The notes: generated by a model not told the origin, from the sequence alone. A DNA stretch of 64,000 nt from Chlorobiota bacterium (GCA_026415505.1 JAOAGY010000010.1:18-64017), one strand, 5' to 3'. Counted from the stretch's first letter, positions 49,455-60,339 are shown. Translations and numbers: made by a program.

Positions 49455-49922
49455 ATGAGAAAGAAACGAGCACCAAAACGCTACATCGAGCCGGATCCGC
49501 TCTATAACGACGTGATGGTCGCCAAGCTCATCAATTGCATCATGCGGGACGGCAAAAAGACCACCGCGCGCAAGATTGTGTACGAAGCGTTCACGATCGT
49601 TGGGCAAAAAACCAAGCAGGACCCGCTCGAAGTGTTTCGCAGCGCAGTTGCCAATGTGGCGCCGGTTCTGGAGGTTCGTCCGCGCCGCGTCGGCGGGGCG
49701 ACCTACCAGGTGCCGATGGAAGTGCGCGAGGAACGGCGGCTTTCGTTGGCATTGCGATGGCTCCGCGATTATGCGCGTGAGCGTCGCGATAAAACAATGG
49801 CAATCCGACTGGCAAACGAAATCATGGCTGCCGCTAACGGCGAAGGTGGCGCAATCAAGCGTCGCGATACCATGCACGCGATGGCGGAAGCCAACAAAGC
49901 ATTCGCCCACTTCAAGTGGTGA
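49455..49922 (+). CDS. rpsG: 30S ribosomal protein S7
   Basis: [22 protein letters not shown]. Confidence 0.99.
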   Translation: MRKKRAPKRYIEPDPLYNDVMVAKLINCIMRDGKKTTARKIVYEAFTIVGQKTKQDPLEVFRSAVANVAPVLEVRPRRVGGATYQVPMEVREERRLSLALRWLRDYARERRDKTMAIRLANEIMAAANGEGGAIKRRDTMHAMAEANKAFAHFKW

Positions 49923-49978
49923 GCACTCACCAGTTGTGGGCATGGCTCTTTGACGTACGATAACACGCAGTAGGCACG

Positions 49979-52054
49979 ATGGCTCGGCGGTTCGATATTC
50001 GGCGTGTGCGCAACATCGGAATCATGGCGCATATAGACGCCGGCAAAACCACGACGACCGAGCGCATCCTGTTCTATACCGGTATGGCGCATCGGCTCGG
50101 TGAAGTGCACGAAGGCACCACGATCACCGACTACATGGCGCAGGAGCGTGAGCGTGGCATCACGATTACCTCGGCGGCGGTGTCGTGTACATGGCGCGAT
50201 CACCGAATCACGATCATCGATACGCCAGGGCACGTCGATTTCACTGCCGAAGTCCAGCGATCCCTCCGTGTACTCGATGGCGCTATCGCTCTTTTTTCCG
50301 CCGTCGAGGGCGTCGAGCCACAATCGGAGACCGTGTGGCATCAAGCCGACCAATACCGAGTGCCGCGCATTGCCTACATCAACAAGATGGACCGTGTCGG
50401 TGCGGATTTTTCGCGAGCGGTCCAGTCCATCGCCGATAAACTCGGCGCCAATCCGATACCGGTACAATTGCCGCTCGGCATGGAAGAGCAGTTCGCCGGT
50501 GTCATTGATCTGATTGCGATGCGCGCGATCGTTTTCGACGAAGCCTCACTCGGCACGCGATACAATGCGGTCGAAATTCCCGATGCGTTCCGATCGGCAG
50601 CAGAAACAGCGCATGCCGCAATGGTCGAGCGCATCGTCGAACTCGACGACCGCCTGATGGAGCAGTATCTCGATGGCGTCGAGCCGACTGCCGAGCAGCT
50701 CAAAGCCGCGCTACGGACGGCGACGATTCAGCTCCGTGCCGTGCCGGTACTCTGCGGCTCGTCGTATCGCAACAAAGGCGTACAGCAGTTGCTCGATGCA
50801 GTGGTAGATTATTTGCCATCGCCGCTCGATGTCGGTGCCGCCGTCGGGTACGATCCCAGCGATCCCTCGCGTCTGCTGCAACGTCAGCCGCTCGACGACG
50901 AGCCACTGTCGGCACTGGCGTTCAAGGTGGTCGCCGATCGGCATGCGGGACGGCTGGTATTTGTGCGGCTCTACTCGGGATCGCTCCAGCCGGGTCAGAC
51001 TGTGCTGAATGTCTCGACAGGCAAGCGCGAGCGCGTGCAGAAAATCCTGCACATGCAAGCAGATCGGCGTGAGGAAATTCCGGAAGCGTTCGCCGGCGAC
51101 ATCGTTGCTATACCCGGACTGCGTGCGCGAACAGGCGAGACGATCGCCGATCAGAAACATCCGATCGTGTTCGAGCGAATCGAGTTCGTCGAGCCAGTGA
51201 TCGTTCAAGCGATTGAGGCGCGGACGACAGCCGACCAAGACAAACTCGCTGCTGCACTGGCTGCGCTCGCTGACGAAGACCCGACGTTTCGATATTCGAC
51301 CGACCCCGAATCGGGACAGCTCGTTATCAGTGGCGTCGGTGAGTTGCACCTGGAAATTATCGTCGATCGTTTGGCGCGTGAGTTCGGCGTTCCGGTGCGT
51401 GTCGGCAAGCCGCAGGTCGCTTATCGCGAGACGATCACACACACTGCCCGGAAGCACGGACACTTCGAGCGCATGCAGGGACCGAAAGTCTTCGTTGCCG
51501 ATGTCGAAGTCGAAGTCGGTCCGGCGCCGAGCGGTAGCGGATTCGTCTTCAGCGACGATCGCCCGCTCGAGGAGCGACAGTATCTGCCGGTCGAGTGCAT
51601 CCGTTCGATCGAAGACGGCGCGCGCGAGACGCTCATCGCCGGTCCGATCATGGGTTATCCGCTCATTGATATTGCTGTTCGTCTCCTGTCAGCCAGGAGT
51701 GGCGAAACTGAGCCGAACGATATCGCGTTTCGTGTCGCCACGTCGCTTGCGCTGCGCGAGGCATATCGCGAGGCAAGCCCGGTGCTTATGGAGCCGATAA
51801 TGTCGCTGGAAGTGACGACGCCGGATGAGTTCATCGGCGATGTCATTGCCGATATCAACAGCCGGCGAGGTCGAATCGAACAGATCGAGCAGCGCGGTGT
51901 CGTCACGCTCGTTCGAGCTACAGTGCCGTTGGCAGCGATGTTCGGTTACGTCACCCAGTTGCGGTCGCTGACCCAAGGGCGCGGGGCGTACACGATGTCG
52001 TTCTCGCACTATGAACCGGCAGTCGTCTCGACAATGCATCAATCGTACGCATAG
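49979..52054 (+). CDS. fusA: Elongation factor G family GTPase with a divergent domain IV (EF-G2-like)
   Basis: AHIDAGKTT, RGITI, DTPGHVDF, NKMD; str-operon position; domain IV loops non-canonical. Confidence 0.9.
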   Translation: MARRFDIRRVRNIGIMAHIDAGKTTTTERILFYTGMAHRLGEVHEGTTITDYMAQERERGITITSAAVSCTWRDHRITIIDTPGHVDFTAEVQRSLRVLDGAIALFSAVEGVEPQSETVWHQADQYRVPRIAYINKMDRVGADFSRAVQSIADKLGANPIPVQLPLGMEEQFAGVIDLIAMRAIVFDEASLGTRYNAVEIPDAFRSAAETAHAAMVERIVELDDRLMEQYLDGVEPTAEQLKAALRTATIQLRAVPVLCGSSYRNKGVQQLLDAVVDYLPSPLDVGAAVGYDPSDPSRLLQRQPLDDEPLSALAFKVVADRHAGRLVFVRLYSGSLQPGQTVLNVSTGKRERVQKILHMQADRREEIPEAFAGDIVAIPGLRARTGETIADQKHPIVFERIEFVEPVIVQAIEARTTADQDKLAAALAALADEDPTFRYSTDPESGQLVISGVGELHLEIIVDRLAREFGVPVRVGKPQVAYRETITHTARKHGHFERMQGPKVFVADVEVEVGPAPSGSGFVFSDDRPLEERQYLPVECIRSIEDGARETLIAGPIMGYPLIDIAVRLLSARSGETEPNDIAFRVATSLALREAYREASPVLMEPIMSLEVTTPDEFIGDVIADINSRRGRIEQIEQRGVVTLVRATVPLAAMFGYVTQLRSLTQGRGAYTMSFSHYEPAVVSTMHQSYA

Positions 52055-52096
52055 CATTCGTTCTTCATTGTTCCACAGTTCCTGTTCGGAGGTTTT

Positions 52097-53305
52097 ATGG
52101 CAAAAGAAAAATTCGTTCGCACCAAGCCCCACGTGAACGTGGGAACGATCGGTCACGTGGACCATGGCAAAACCACGCTGACAGCAGCCATTACATATGC
52201 ACTGGCACGGAAGTACCCGTCGGTGCAAGCGCGCGCTTACGACCAAATCGACAATGCTCCGGAAGAGCGCCAGCGCGGTATTACCATCAACACGGCTCAC
52301 GTCGAATACGAGACCGAAAAGCGGCACTACGCGCACGTTGATTGCCCGGGTCATGCCGACTACATCAAAAACATGATCACCGGTGCTGCGCAGATGGACG
52401 GTGCGATCTTGGTCGTCGCTGCCAACGATGGTCCGATGGCGCAAACGCGCGAGCACATCCTCTTGGCTCGCCAGGTTGGGGTGCCGCGGATCGTGGTGTT
52501 CCTCAACAAAGTGGATATCGCCGATCCGGAGCTGCTCGACCTGGTCGAAGAAGAAGTGCGCGACCTCCTCAAGAAATACGACTTCCCGGGCGATGAAATC
52601 CCGGTTATCCGCGGCTCGGCGCTCCAAGCACTCGATGCTGGTATGAGCGGTGCTCCGCTCGATGACCCGCGCTTCCAGTGCATTTGGGACCTGATGGACG
52701 CTGTCGATAACTACATTCCCACGCCACAGCGTGATGTTGACAAGCCCTTCTTGATGCCCGTCGAAGACGTCTTCTCGATCACCGGTCGCGGAACCGTCGG
52801 CACAGGTCGTGTCGAGCGCGGTATCGTGCGGCTCAACGACGAAGTCGAGATCGTCGGTTTTGGCTTGCACAAAAAGTCCACGGTCACTGGCATCGAAATG
52901 TTTCGCAAGCTGCTCGATGAAGCACAAGCTGGCGATAACATCGGATTGCTTCTGCGCGGTGTCGAAAAAGACGAGCTCGAGCGCGGGATGGTCATCGCCA
53001 AGCCCGGCACCATTACGCCGCACCGCAAGTTCATGGCGCAAGTTTACGTCCTGACCGCCGACGAGGGCGGACGGAAGACGCCGTTCTTCAGTGGCTATCG
53101 CCCGCAGTTTTACTTCCGAACGACCGACGTGACAGGAACGATTCAACTGCCGGAAGGCGTCGAGATGGTCATGCCCGGCGACAACGTGGACAACTTGACC
53201 ATCGAACTGATCACGCCGGTGGCGATGGAAGAAGGTCTCCGCTTCGCTATCCGCGAAGGCGGGCGCACTGTCGGTGCCGGTGTCGTCACGAAAATTCTCG
53301 ACTGA
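52097..53305 (+). CDS. tuf: Elongation factor Tu
   Basis: [28 protein letters not shown]. Confidence 0.99.
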   Translation: MAKEKFVRTKPHVNVGTIGHVDHGKTTLTAAITYALARKYPSVQARAYDQIDNAPEERQRGITINTAHVEYETEKRHYAHVDCPGHADYIKNMITGAAQMDGAILVVAANDGPMAQTREHILLARQVGVPRIVVFLNKVDIADPELLDLVEEEVRDLLKKYDFPGDEIPVIRGSALQALDAGMSGAPLDDPRFQCIWDLMDAVDNYIPTPQRDVDKPFLMPVEDVFSITGRGTVGTGRVERGIVRLNDEVEIVGFGLHKKSTVTGIEMFRKLLDEAQAGDNIGLLLRGVEKDELERGMVIAKPGTITPHRKFMAQVYVLTADEGGRKTPFFSGYRPQFYFRTTDVTGTIQLPEGVEMVMPGDNVDNLTIELITPVAMEEGLRFAIREGGRTVGAGVVTKILD

Positions 53306-53343
53306 TCAGCGCAGGAAGTTTCACTATCGTGGTTGGAAGCGTC

Positions 53344-53652
53344 GTGGCAACCCAACGCATTCGTATCAAGCTCCGCTCCTACGATCACAACTTGATTGAC
53401 AAGTCAGCCGAGCGGATCGTGCAGACTGTCAAGCTGACGGGTGCGACCGTCTCCGGTCCGATCCCGTTGCCAACGGAGCGCTCGGTTGTGACGGTCAATC
53501 GTTCCCCGCACGTGGACAAAAAATCGCGCGAGCAGTTCGAAACGCGTGTCCACAAACGGCTCATTGACATTTTCAGCTCGACGCCGAAGACCATCGATGA
53601 ATTGACCAAGCTGGATATTCCAGCAGGCGTTGACGTCGAAATCAAAGTGTAG
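53344..53652 (+). CDS. rpsJ: 30S ribosomal protein S10
   Basis: [21 protein letters not shown]; GTG start. Confidence 0.98.
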   Translation: MATQRIRIKLRSYDHNLIDKSAERIVQTVKLTGATVSGPIPLPTERSVVTVNRSPHVDKKSREQFETRVHKRLIDIFSSTPKTIDELTKLDIPAGVDVEIKV

Positions 53653-53671
53653 GCTATACCCAGAGGAAACG

Positions 53672-54289
53672 ATGGCAGCATTGCTCGGTCGAAAACTCGG
53701 CATGACGTCGTTCATCACCGAAAGTGGTGAATACGTTCCGTGTACGGTCATCGAAGCGGGTCCATGCCCGGTCGTTCTGCGCCGGACGCTCGAACGCGAT
53801 GGCTACGAAGCGGTTCAGATCGGCTTCGATCCGGTCCCCGAACGTAAGGTCAATCGTCCGCTCAAAGGACACTTCGCCAAAGCCGGTGTGGCGCCGCATC
53901 GTTACTTGCGCGAGTTCCGCGGCATCGAAGCATCGGTCGGCGACGTGCTTACTGTCGAGCAATTTGCCGCAGGCGACCGCGTGAAAGTGTCGGCGACCAG
54001 TATAGGGCGTGGTTTCCAAGGTGTCGTCAAGCGGCATCACTTCGGTGGCGTCGGTTTGGCGACTCACGGGCAGAGCGACCGCACGCGAGCGCCAGGTTCG
54101 ATCGGCGCATCGTCGTTCCCGTCGCGAGTATTCCCCGGCATGCGGATGGCTGGTCGTATGGGCGGGCGCCGCGCGACAATTCGCAACTTGGAAATTCTCC
54201 GAGTGATTCCGGAGGACAATCTGCTGCTGGTCAAAGGCAGCATACCGGGTGCGCCGAATACGTTGGTCGAAATTGTCAAACTTTCGTAA
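53672..54289 (+). CDS. rplC: 50S ribosomal protein L3
   Basis: GRKLGMT, GRGFQGVVKRH, RAPGSIG. Confidence 0.98.
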   Translation: MAALLGRKLGMTSFITESGEYVPCTVIEAGPCPVVLRRTLERDGYEAVQIGFDPVPERKVNRPLKGHFAKAGVAPHRYLREFRGIEASVGDVLTVEQFAAGDRVKVSATSIGRGFQGVVKRHHFGGVGLATHGQSDRTRAPGSIGASSFPSRVFPGMRMAGRMGGRRATIRNLEILRVIPEDNLLLVKGSIPGAPNTLVEIVKLS

Positions 54290-54362
54290 TCGCGGACGCA
54301 GGTTGTCGTCCGGTTGGTAAACGTCGGCGAAAACGCAATACTCACACGCATCAGAATCGGAA

Positions 54363-55016
54363 ATGAACGTTCCGTTGCTATCACAAACCGGCGAGCAGAA
54401 GGGCACCATCGAATTGCCCGATGCCGTCTTCAACATCGAACCGCACGAACACTCGATGTACTTAGCGGTGCGAGCGTATCTGGCGCATCAGCGTCAGGGT
54501 ACGCACAAAACCAAGACGCGGCAGGAGGTCTCCGGCGGCGGTCGCAAACCGTGGCGTCAAAAGGGTCGTGGTACTGCGCGGGCTGGCTCGATCCGATCGC
54601 CCTTGTGGGTCGGCGGTGGTACAGTCTTCGGTCCACAGCCGCACGCGTACACCGTCACGGTGCCAAAGAAAGTCAGTCAGCTGGCTCGGCGGTCGGCGCT
54701 GTCCTGCCGTGCCCAGGAGGGCAACATCATTGTTGTCGAGAGCATCGAGCTGGAACAACCAAAAACCAAGCTGATGGCAGCGGTCATGAAGGCGCTCGGC
54801 GTGGAAGGAACCAAAACACTGCTCCTTGTCGATCGCTTCGATCCGACGGTACTTCGTGCCGGGCGCAATTTGCCGTACCTCGATATGATGCTCGCCGACA
54901 AGGTCTCGACGTACCACATCTTGAGCCATCGGAAGCTTATTCTCGTGCCCGGTGCGATCGAGACGCTGGTGCGTGTTCTGTCGCCGAAAGCAACGACTGA
55001 AGAGATGACGACATGA
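54363..55016 (+). CDS. rplD: 50S ribosomal protein L4
   Basis: RQGTHKTK, KPWRQKGRGTARAGS. Confidence 0.98.
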   Translation: MNVPLLSQTGEQKGTIELPDAVFNIEPHEHSMYLAVRAYLAHQRQGTHKTKTRQEVSGGGRKPWRQKGRGTARAGSIRSPLWVGGGTVFGPQPHAYTVTVPKKVSQLARRSALSCRAQEGNIIVVESIELEQPKTKLMAAVMKALGVEGTKTLLLVDRFDPTVLRAGRNLPYLDMMLADKVSTYHILSHRKLILVPGAIETLVRVLSPKATTEEMTT

Positions 55017-55321
55017 TCCAGATCATCAAGCGACCCATTCTGACGGAAAAGTCGGAGAAAGTCAAAGGCATTCACAATCATTACGTCTTCGAGGTTGACC
55101 GCAGCGCCAACAAAATCGAAATCAAACAAGCCGTTGAGGCGATGTTCGGCGTGCAGGTCGAAAAAGTGCGTACCGTGACTGTCCGCGGCAAACGGAGAAT
55201 TCGCTACACGCGCCGTGGACTCCAAGAAGGACGCACCCGAACGTGGAAAAAAGCATACGTTCGGCTCAAGCCAGGCTTCTCGATCGACGTCGTCAGCGGC
55301 GAAGGTGAAACTAACGATTGA
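55013..55321 (+). CDS. rplW: 50S ribosomal protein L23
   Basis: PILTEK, ANKIEIK, WKKAYV. Confidence 0.98.
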   Translation: MIQIIKRPILTEKSEKVKGIHNHYVFEVDRSANKIEIKQAVEAMFGVQVEKVRTVTVRGKRRIRYTRRGLQEGRTRTWKKAYVRLKPGFSIDVVSGEGETND

Positions 55322-55331
55322 CCGATGAACA

Positions 55332-56171
55332 ATGCCACTGCGTCAACTCAAACCGATAACACCCGGCACGCGGTTTTACTCGGTCAGTGATTTCAGCGAA
55401 CTGACTACCGACCGTCCGTACAAACCGTTGTGCGAGCCGCTCCCTTCGACCGGTGGTCGAAACAACACCGGGCGGATCACTTCGCGGCATCGTGGCGGTC
55501 GCCACAAGCGACTCTACCGTATCATTGATTTCAAGCGCGACAAAACGGACGTCTTCGCGACGGTCGAGACGATCGAGTACGATCCGAACCGCTCATGCCG
55601 CATTGCACTGGTACGGTACGACGACGGCGAGCGGCGATACATTCTCGCGCCGCAAGGTCTCAAAGTCGGCGATCGCATCGTCTCGAGCGACCATGCCGAA
55701 TACAACGTCGGCAACACGCTCCCGTTGGCGAAGATACCTCCCGGTCTTTTCGTGCACAACATCGAGCTAAAGCCAGGTAAGGGCGGTCAGCTCGTTCGGA
55801 GTGCAGGTTTGGGTGCGCAGCTTCTCGGTTTCGATGGCAAGTATGCTCAACTCAAATTGCCGTCGGGCGAAATCCGAATGGTCTTAGCCCAGTGCAAGGC
55901 TACGATCGGTGTGTTGAGCAATGCCGATCATGAAAACATCCTGCTCGGCAAGGCAGGTCGTGCACGGTGGCTCGGTATTCGTCCGCAAACACGCGGCATG
56001 GCGATGAACCCAATCGATCACCCTAACGGTGGTGGCGAAGGTCGCTCCAAGTCGGGCGGAGGACGTCAACATCCACGATCGCCGTGGGGACAACTGGCCA
56101 AAGGTCTGAAAACGCGCAAAAAGCATAAAGCATCCGATCGGCTCATCATTCGACGTCGAACCAAGAACTAA
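55332..56171 (+). CDS. rplB: 50S ribosomal protein L2
   Basis: [25 protein letters not shown]. Confidence 0.99.
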   Translation: MPLRQLKPITPGTRFYSVSDFSELTTDRPYKPLCEPLPSTGGRNNTGRITSRHRGGRHKRLYRIIDFKRDKTDVFATVETIEYDPNRSCRIALVRYDDGERRYILAPQGLKVGDRIVSSDHAEYNVGNTLPLAKIPPGLFVHNIELKPGKGGQLVRSAGLGAQLLGFDGKYAQLKLPSGEIRMVLAQCKATIGVLSNADHENILLGKAGRARWLGIRPQTRGMAMNPIDHPNGGGEGRSKSGGGRQHPRSPWGQLAKGLKTRKKHKASDRLIIRRRTKN

Positions 56172-56179
56172 CACTGGTC

Positions 56180-56464
56180 ATGGCACGATCGCTCAAAAAA
56201 GGCGTCTTCGTTTACTACAAGCTCCGCAAAAAAGTCGAGCAGCTCAATGCGAGCGGTAGAAAGCAAGTTATCAAAACATGGAGCCGTGCCTCGACGATCA
56301 TTCCGGAGTTCGTCGGGCATACATTCGCTGTGCACAACGGCAGCAAGTTCATTCCGGTGTACGTGACCGAGAACATGGTCGGGCACAAGCTCGGCGAGTT
56401 CGCTCCGACGCGGACATTCCGCGGTCACGCTGGACACCGCAAAGAAGACAAAGCCAAAAAGTAA
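56180..56464 (+). CDS. rpsS: 30S ribosomal protein S19
   Basis: RSLKKG, KTWSR, GHKLGEF. Confidence 0.99.
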   Translation: MARSLKKGVFVYYKLRKKVEQLNASGRKQVIKTWSRASTIIPEFVGHTFAVHNGSKFIPVYVTENMVGHKLGEFAPTRTFRGHAGHRKEDKAKK

Positions 56465-56482
56465 ACATCACAGATTGGACCG

Positions 56483-56827
56483 ATGGAAGCACGAGCAATT
56501 GCACGTCATGTTCGTTCCTCGCCGCGGAAGATGCGCATTGTGGTTGACTTGATCCGCGGTAAGAGCGCTGCTGATGCGCTGGCGATATTGCGCATGACCA
56601 AAAAGCGCGCCTCCCATGTTGCGGAGATGACGCTGCGGTCGGCAATTGCCAATCTGCAGGCTAAGGCGGACAATCCCTACCTGGCGCCGGAAAACGTCGT
56701 CGTGCAGAGCGCCTACGTGGACAACGGTCCGATGCTCAAGCGGATTCAACCGGCGCCGATGGGACGCGCCTATCGAGTTCGAAAGCGATCGCATCATTTG
56801 ACAATTGTTGTAGCAATGAAGGACTAA
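56483..56827 (+). CDS. rplV: 50S ribosomal protein L22
   Basis: SPRKMR, DLIRGK, KRIQPAPMGRA. Confidence 0.98.
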   Translation: MEARAIARHVRSSPRKMRIVVDLIRGKSAADALAILRMTKKRASHVAEMTLRSAIANLQAKADNPYLAPENVVVQSAYVDNGPMLKRIQPAPMGRAYRVRKRSHHLTIVVAMKD

Positions 56828-56833
56828 CTGGCT

Positions 56834-57472
56834 GTGGGTCAGAAAACAAATCCTATCGGTTTGCGGGTCGGCATCATTCGTGGATGGGACTCCAATTGGT
56901 TCGAGCGGTCGAGCTTTCACCAAAAGCTCAGCGAGGACATCATGCTGCGCAATTACTTGCGTAGCAGGCTCAAGAAAGCCAACGTCTCGCGCATCGTTAT
57001 TGACCGCACACCGAAGCGAATCATGGTGACCATCCACACGTCGCGTCCGGGTGTTGTCATCGGGCGATCGGGAAAAGATGTCGAGCAGCTCGAAGGCGAA
57101 TTGAGCAAATTGACCGGCAGCGACGTCTCGATCACCATTCATGAAATCAAACGCCCCGAGCTCGATGCGCAAATTGTCGCCGACACGATCGCACAGCAGC
57201 TCGAAGGACGAATTGCGTTCCGTCGCGCGATGAAACAAGCTGTCGCCGCCGCGATGCGGATGGGTGCCGAGGGTATCCGCGTCATGTGCGCTGGTCGGCT
57301 CGGCGGTGCTGAAATGTCGCGTACCGAACAGTACAAGGAAGGACGCGTACCGCTCCATACGTTGCGTGCCGATATTGACTATGCAACGGCGACGGCGCAG
57401 ACGGTCTATGGCTCGATCGGCGTCAAGGTGTGGATTTGCAAAGGCGAAATCATCGGCAAACAGTCGGACTAA
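56834..57472 (+). CDS. rpsC: 30S ribosomal protein S3
   Basis: [29 protein letters not shown]; GTG start. Confidence 0.99.
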   Translation: MGQKTNPIGLRVGIIRGWDSNWFERSSFHQKLSEDIMLRNYLRSRLKKANVSRIVIDRTPKRIMVTIHTSRPGVVIGRSGKDVEQLEGELSKLTGSDVSITIHEIKRPELDAQIVADTIAQQLEGRIAFRRAMKQAVAAAMRMGAEGIRVMCAGRLGGAEMSRTEQYKEGRVPLHTLRADIDYATATAQTVYGSIGVKVWICKGEIIGKQSD

Positions 57473-57546
57473 GTCGGCTGCTGCACCACAAGGTGCTGCG
57501 CGTGTATATCGCACGACGAAAAAGCTAACAATCGGAGTTTATAGTC

Positions 57547-57969
57547 ATGCTGCTGCCCAAACGGGTCAAACATCGAAAAGTCCAGCGCGGTCGCCGTAAA
57601 GGCAAAGCCTATCGCGGTTCACAGGTCGCTTTCGGCGCATACGGACTGAAAGCGCTCGAAGCAGCCTGGATTACCAATCGCCAGATCGAAGCCGCGCGGA
57701 TCGCGATCAACCGCCACCTCAAACGCGATGGGAAAGTGTGGATTCGCATTTTTCCCGACAAGCCCTTTACCAAGAAACCGCTCGAAGTGCGGATGGGATC
57801 GGGGAAGGGCAATCCTGAAGGCTGGGTCGCGGTCGTCAAGCCGGGACGAATACTGTTCGAAGTTGACGGTGTCTCCAAAGAAGCCGCATTGGAGGCGCTC
57901 CGTCTGGCATCGCACAAACTCCCGATCAAAACGAAAATCGTCGCACGTCTCGATTTGGTCGAAGCATGA
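57547..57969 (+). CDS. rplP: 50S ribosomal protein L16
   Basis: QIEAAR, RIFPDKP, RMGSGKG. Confidence 0.99.
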   Translation: MLLPKRVKHRKVQRGRRKGKAYRGSQVAFGAYGLKALEAAWITNRQIEAARIAINRHLKRDGKVWIRIFPDKPFTKKPLEVRMGSGKGNPEGWVAVVKPGRILFEVDGVSKEAALEALRLASHKLPIKTKIVARLDLVEA

Positions 57970-58169
57970 AACCACGTAAAGCACGCGATTTGCGCGAATT
58001 GAACGATCACGACTTGCTGGCAGCGTTGCGCGAAGCCGAAGAGACGCTCGCAAAACAGCGCTTCCAACACGCGCTCAAACAGTTGCAGGACAGTGCATAC
58101 TTGCGTATTCTGCGCAAGGATATTGCGCGTATGAAAACGATTCTTCACGAACGAAATATCCGAGTGTAA
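57966..58169 (+). CDS. rpmC: 50S ribosomal protein L29
   Basis: RKDIARMKT; operon position. Confidence 0.97.
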   Translation: MKPRKARDLRELNDHDLLAALREAEETLAKQRFQHALKQLQDSAYLRILRKDIARMKTILHERNIRV

Positions 58170-58172
58170 GCG

Positions 58173-58481
58173 ATGGACGAGCAGCAAACAGTAGATGCGA
58201 CCACGCTATCCGAAGCGTCCGCCGAGCACGAGCGTCGCGGTCGGAAAATCCGTCAAGGCGTGGTCGTTTCCAACAAAATGGACAAGACCATCGTCGTCGC
58301 CGTTGAGCGGCAAGTGATGCATCCGCTCTACAAGCGGTACTACAAGCGGACGAAAAAATACATGGCGCACGACGAACACAATCAGTGCGCAATCGGCGAC
58401 GTTGTCCGCATCGTCGAGTCTCGTCCGCTCAGTCGCCGCAAGCGCTGGATGCTGCTCGAGGTCGTCCAGCGTGCACGCTGA
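58173..58481 (+). CDS. rpsQ: 30S ribosomal protein S17
   Basis: [25 protein letters not shown]. Confidence 0.98.
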   Translation: MDEQQTVDATTLSEASAEHERRGRKIRQGVVVSNKMDKTIVVAVERQVMHPLYKRYYKRTKKYMAHDEHNQCAIGDVVRIVESRPLSRRKRWMLLEVVQRAR

Positions 58482-58519
58482 TCGAAAAACCGAACATTTT
58501 CACGACGGAGGAAACGCCC

Positions 58520-58885
58520 ATGATTCAAGAAGAAACCAATCTCGTCGTCGCCGACAATTCCGGCGCAAAACGTGTCCGCTGCATTCGTGTGCTCGGCGGG
58601 CATGACAAGCGCTATGCCACCGTCGGCGATGTGATCGTCGTGTCGGTCAAAGCGGCGATGCCCAACGGCGCCGTCAAAAAAGGCGATGTCGTCAAAGCCG
58701 TTGTGGTTCGGACCAAAAAGGAAATTCGTCGTCGCGATGGCTCGTTTGTTCGCTTCGATGAAAACGCAGCGGTGTTGCTCAACAACCAGCTCGAGCCACG
58801 TGGGACGCGGATCTTCGGTCCGGTCGCCCGTGAACTGCGCGAAAAATTCATGAAGATCATTTCACTGGCGCCCGAGGTCGTGTAG
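58520..58885 (+). CDS. rplN: 50S ribosomal protein L14
   Basis: [22 protein letters not shown]; GGAGG RBS. Confidence 0.99.
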   Translation: MIQEETNLVVADNSGAKRVRCIRVLGGHDKRYATVGDVIVVSVKAAMPNGAVKKGDVVKAVVVRTKKEIRRRDGSFVRFDENAAVLLNNQLEPRGTRIFGPVARELREKFMKIISLAPEVV

Positions 58886-58907
58886 TCGAATGCTCACTGC
58901 AAATGCG

Positions 58908-59168
58908 ATGAAACTCAAAATCAAAAAAGGCGACACTGTCGTCGTCATTGCTGGCAACGACAAAGGCAAAACAGGACGCGTCATCGCTGTCTATCCGAAG
59001 CGAATGCGAGTGCTTGTCGAGGGTGTCAACGTTCGCAAAAAACACGTTCGCCCCTCGCCAGCATATCCGCAAGGCGGTATCGTCTCGAAAGAAATGCCGA
59101 TTCACTACTCGAACGTCATGCTTGTCGGACCAGACGGCAAACCGACGCGCAAACGTCCGACGCCATAA
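58908..59168 (+). CDS. rplX: 50S ribosomal protein L24 (short form)
   Basis: [23 protein letters not shown]. Confidence 0.97.
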   Translation: MKLKIKKGDTVVVIAGNDKGKTGRVIAVYPKRMRVLVEGVNVRKKHVRPSPAYPQGGIVSKEMPIHYSNVMLVGPDGKPTRKRPTP

Positions 59169-59226
59169 TCACGGTGTGTGCACAACGACGTACACACGAA
59201 GTCGAATTTCTCGCTGAACTGCTCCT

Positions 59227-59853
59227 ATGGCAAAGCAACAACTGAAAAAGCTCGAGTTCAAGTACGAAGGTCCGCGGCTGGAGGATGTCTCCGCTGTTGA
59301 AATCCCGGTTCCGCGGCTGCAGGTGTATTACCGTGAAACGGTTGTGCCGAACCTGATGAAGCGGTTCGGATACACGTCCGTCATGCAGGTACCTCGACTG
59401 GTGAAAATATCGCTCAACATGGGTGTGGGCGATGGAGCGCAAGACGTCAAGCAAATCCAAAACGCTCTCAACGAGCTGGAGCTGATCGCAGGACAGCGTC
59501 CAGCCGTAGCGCGTGCCAAGCGTTCGATCGCCAACTTCAAATTGCGGCAAGGTCAACCGATCGGGGTGCATGTCACGCTCCGTCGTGGGCGGATGTACGA
59601 ATTCCTCGACCGTTTCATCAACATTGCAGCGCCACGTATTCGTGACTTTCGCGGCTTCCCCGACAAGTCATTCGATGGACGCGGTAATTACACCGTCGGA
59701 GTCAAGGAGCAGATCATTTTTCCGGAAATCGACGTGGACAAAGTGGACCGCATTCGTGGTCTCGATATAACGTTCGTCACCAGCGCCAAAACCGACGAAG
59801 AAGCATATGCGCTGTTGGCTGAGTTCGGTTTTCCGTTCCGCAGAAAAGACTGA
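59227..59853 (+). CDS. rplE: 50S ribosomal protein L5 (N-terminal extension)
   Basis: [32 protein letters not shown]. Confidence 0.98.
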   Translation: MAKQQLKKLEFKYEGPRLEDVSAVEIPVPRLQVYYRETVVPNLMKRFGYTSVMQVPRLVKISLNMGVGDGAQDVKQIQNALNELELIAGQRPAVARAKRSIANFKLRQGQPIGVHVTLRRGRMYEFLDRFINIAAPRIRDFRGFPDKSFDGRGNYTVGVKEQIIFPEIDVDKVDRIRGLDITFVTSAKTDEEAYALLAEFGFPFRRKD

Positions 59854-59878
59854 AACTCTCACTCTTCGAGAATGAAGT

Positions 59879-60148
59879 ATGGCTACCGATGCCGTCGTTG
59901 CCCGTAATCGCAAGCGTCAGCGCCTGGCAGAAAAGTACGCTGCCAAACGTGCTGCCCTCAAAAAAGCAGGCGATTACGAGGCACTGCAAAAGCTGCCGCG
60001 AAACAGTAACCCCGTCCGTGTGCGCAACCGGTGCTCGGTAACCGGGCGCGGTCGGGGTGTGTATCGGCGGTTTATGCTCTGCCGCAATATGCTGCGGCAA
60101 TTGGCTCTGGAAGGCAAAATTCCGGGTCTGCGAAAAGCCAGTTGGTAA
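59879..60148 (+). CDS. rpsN: 30S ribosomal protein S14 (89-aa form)
   Basis: [23 protein letters not shown]. Confidence 0.98.
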   Translation: MATDAVVARNRKRQRLAEKYAAKRAALKKAGDYEALQKLPRNSNPVRVRNRCSVTGRGRGVYRRFMLCRNMLRQLALEGKIPGLRKASW

Positions 60149-60217
60149 TCGGCTGTCGCCACGGTGTATCGAAAATGGTGGCGATGCCGTATTTTCGCGT
60201 TCCTTTCTGCTACTCGT

Positions 60218-60296
60218 GTGCCGACGCATCAGGTAACCGTGGCGCCTGAGATGGTCGGTGCTGTTGTCTGCAAAACGCTCTTGCGTGCAGACCAAC
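60218..60296 (+). ncRNA. Candidate structured rpsH leader (S8-binding helix 21 mimic plus second hairpin)
   Basis: Stem 60218-60261 with a helix-21-like internal loop; second stem 60263-60296; see findings. Confidence 0.5.
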
Positions 60297-60339
60297 GAAC
60301 GTAAAGTCCACGATGTACGATCAATTGCCATAGCAACGC

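Noticed and set aside
59879-60148. S14 lacking a full four-Cys zinc ribbon
   Set aside because: The 89-aa zinc-independent form is ordinary for Bacteroidota-related bacteria.
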